In this document: one piece after another, positions 62,290 through 64,000 of the stretch
Layout: each line of letters starts with the position of its first letter
Numbering within the stretch: the stretch's first letter is position 1
From: Somniosus microcephalus
Lineage: Eukaryota
Direction: 5' to 3'
NCBI GenBank assembly: GCA_052327205.1
Contig: CM126219.1
Location: forward strand, 64,852,001-64,916,000
DNA length: 64,000 nucleotides
Made by a program: the position numbers and the translations under genes
Notes under the pieces: generated by a model
Told to the model about the DNA's origin: nothing
Seen by the model: the letters and a program-made list of their open reading frames with translations, nothing else
Database searches by the model: none

Positions 62290-63830
62290 TAGGAACATAG
62301 GATTTGCTAGACAATAAAAGACCAAGGCCCATCTAATTCGCCTTCTACCAGCCTGGTAGTCGCATGATACAACGATAATGTAGTAGTTGACTAATCATGG
62401 CTATCAATCTCTATCAATTAGTCTACAACAGACTCGGACATGGCGCGAGGAAAACCCCAATGATGGAGAGCTTTGGGAACCATAGGTCCAAAGTCACCTG
62501 TTTCTCTCAAGCATGCTGTAATTATCATATTTTATATCGCAGATTACTCATATACAGTAACCCAAAATATTATGTTCTGAAAGAAATATATCTAATTTGT
62601 ATTTAAATGAATCAATACTAACTGCTGCCACCGTCTCCCTAGGGAGCTTGTTCCATAGATTGACCACTCACTCACTGAAATATTGTTTCCACACATTTAC
62701 TTTGAATACTCCCCTTCAAGTGCAGGCTGTATCCTCTGGTTCTCCAGTTCTGGACAAGGTGAAATAGTTTGTCATGGTCTACATTAACTAGTCCCTTTAG
62801 AATCCTAAAAACAGCAATCAGATCACCTCTCAAACTTCTCTTTTCCAGTGAGAACATGCCCAATTGACTTAATTGCTCCTCATAAGCCAATCCCACCATC
62901 CTCTCAATCATTCTGGTTGCTCTCTTCTGTATCCTTTCAACAGCTGAGATATCCATTTTTTTACTGTGGCGACCAGAACTATACACAGCATTCTAAGTGT
63001 GGTCGTACCAATGATTTAAAAAGTGGTAGGATTACCTCATTATTTCAGCTCAATATTGACCTTTTAATACATCCCAACATCGGATTTGCTTTACCCACTG
63101 CCACTGAGCATCATTGTGACAGCTTCAATTTATTGCCAATCAGGACCCCCAGATCTCGTTCATTTTCCATGCATATTATTCTCTTTCCATTTAAGTAATA
63201 GTCACTTCCTGGAATTTTTGTCCCTATGTGAAGCACTTCTCTACAGCTGAATTATCTGCCACCTGTCTGTCCAATTCCCAAGTATATTCAAATCCTCCTG
63301 TAGCTTCTCCTGTTCAGCTTCGGATCGACCGCCTTCATTAGCTTTGTATCATCTTCAAATTTAACTACTATGCTTGTGGTTCCCTGCTCCAGATCAGTTA
63401 TGAAGATATCAAACAAAAGAGATCCTAAAACAGAACCTGTGGGACCCCATTGGGAACATTCACCCAGACTGATGATAATCCCTGTACCACTAACCGTCTG
63501 GCTTCTTTCTGTCAACCAATTACGTTTCCATTGCAATATATTTCCACTTTATTTTCAGTACCAGCCTTTCCAGAAAAACTGTATCTAAGGTCTTACTGAA
63601 ATCCAAGTGCACCACATTCACTGCCCTACCCAGATCAACCTCCTTTATCACATCCAGTAAATTAGATTGGCAAGACCTTCCTTTCATGAACCCATATTTT
63701 TCATGATTTTATTGCTATTCAGATGCTCCATGATCTTATCTTTAATAAGGATTTCCATAACTTTACCCAAAATGGACGTCAAAATGACTGGTTTGTAGTT
63801 TCCTGGGTCACTTTTGTTACCTATCTATCT
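62290..63830 (-). mobile_element. CR1-group LINE, RT and 3' end, degraded
   Basis: GSVLGSLLFDIFITDL..KFEDDTKL; ERIQKRATRMI..YEEQL..FSLEKRSLRGDLI. Confidence 0.88.
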
Positions 63831-64000
63831 TTCCTCCTAAAATCTACAGCTTTTAAAGCCTCAACCACAACTTCTTCATTAACCGTTCAACGTCATGAGG
63901 GGTCTAGGCAGAGTAGATAGAGAGAAACTGTTTCATAACTCATGGGTGTGTAATGGATAAACTGCACCAATACCCGTGGGTGGGTAATGGGATAAACTGC

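Overview
Vertebrate genomic DNA, very likely a cartilaginous fish (shark), judging by its repeat content: Deu-domain tRNA SINEs, HER1/CR1-type LINE tails and Penelope-type termini. The whole window lies inside one minus-strand TEAD (TEF/Scalloped) transcription factor gene, TEAD3/TEAD2-like. I could assemble six coding exons with canonical GT-AG sites and consistent phases: a TEA-domain exon (53738-53802), two tandem duplicated 63-nt exons encoding alternative versions of the DNA-recognition helix end (48550-48612, 48402-48464), a 12-nt AMNV microexon with downstream RBFOX motifs (30104-30115), and exons at 20068-20202 and 16356-16399. A seventh, frame-preserving 75-nt cassette exon is a candidate (15584-15658). 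The first TEA exon and the YAP-binding-domain exons were not found and presumably lie outside the window. The introns hold a deleted Harbinger transposon, a 6.4-kb 36-bp minisatellite, a deleted Gypsy element with a nested CR1, solo LTRs, MITEs, L2/CR1/Rex1/RTE fragments, SINEs and three Penelope-type minimal hammerhead ribozyme motifs. Almost all ORFs in the supplied track are spurious or TE-derived. All family assignments are from recognition, not database searches.
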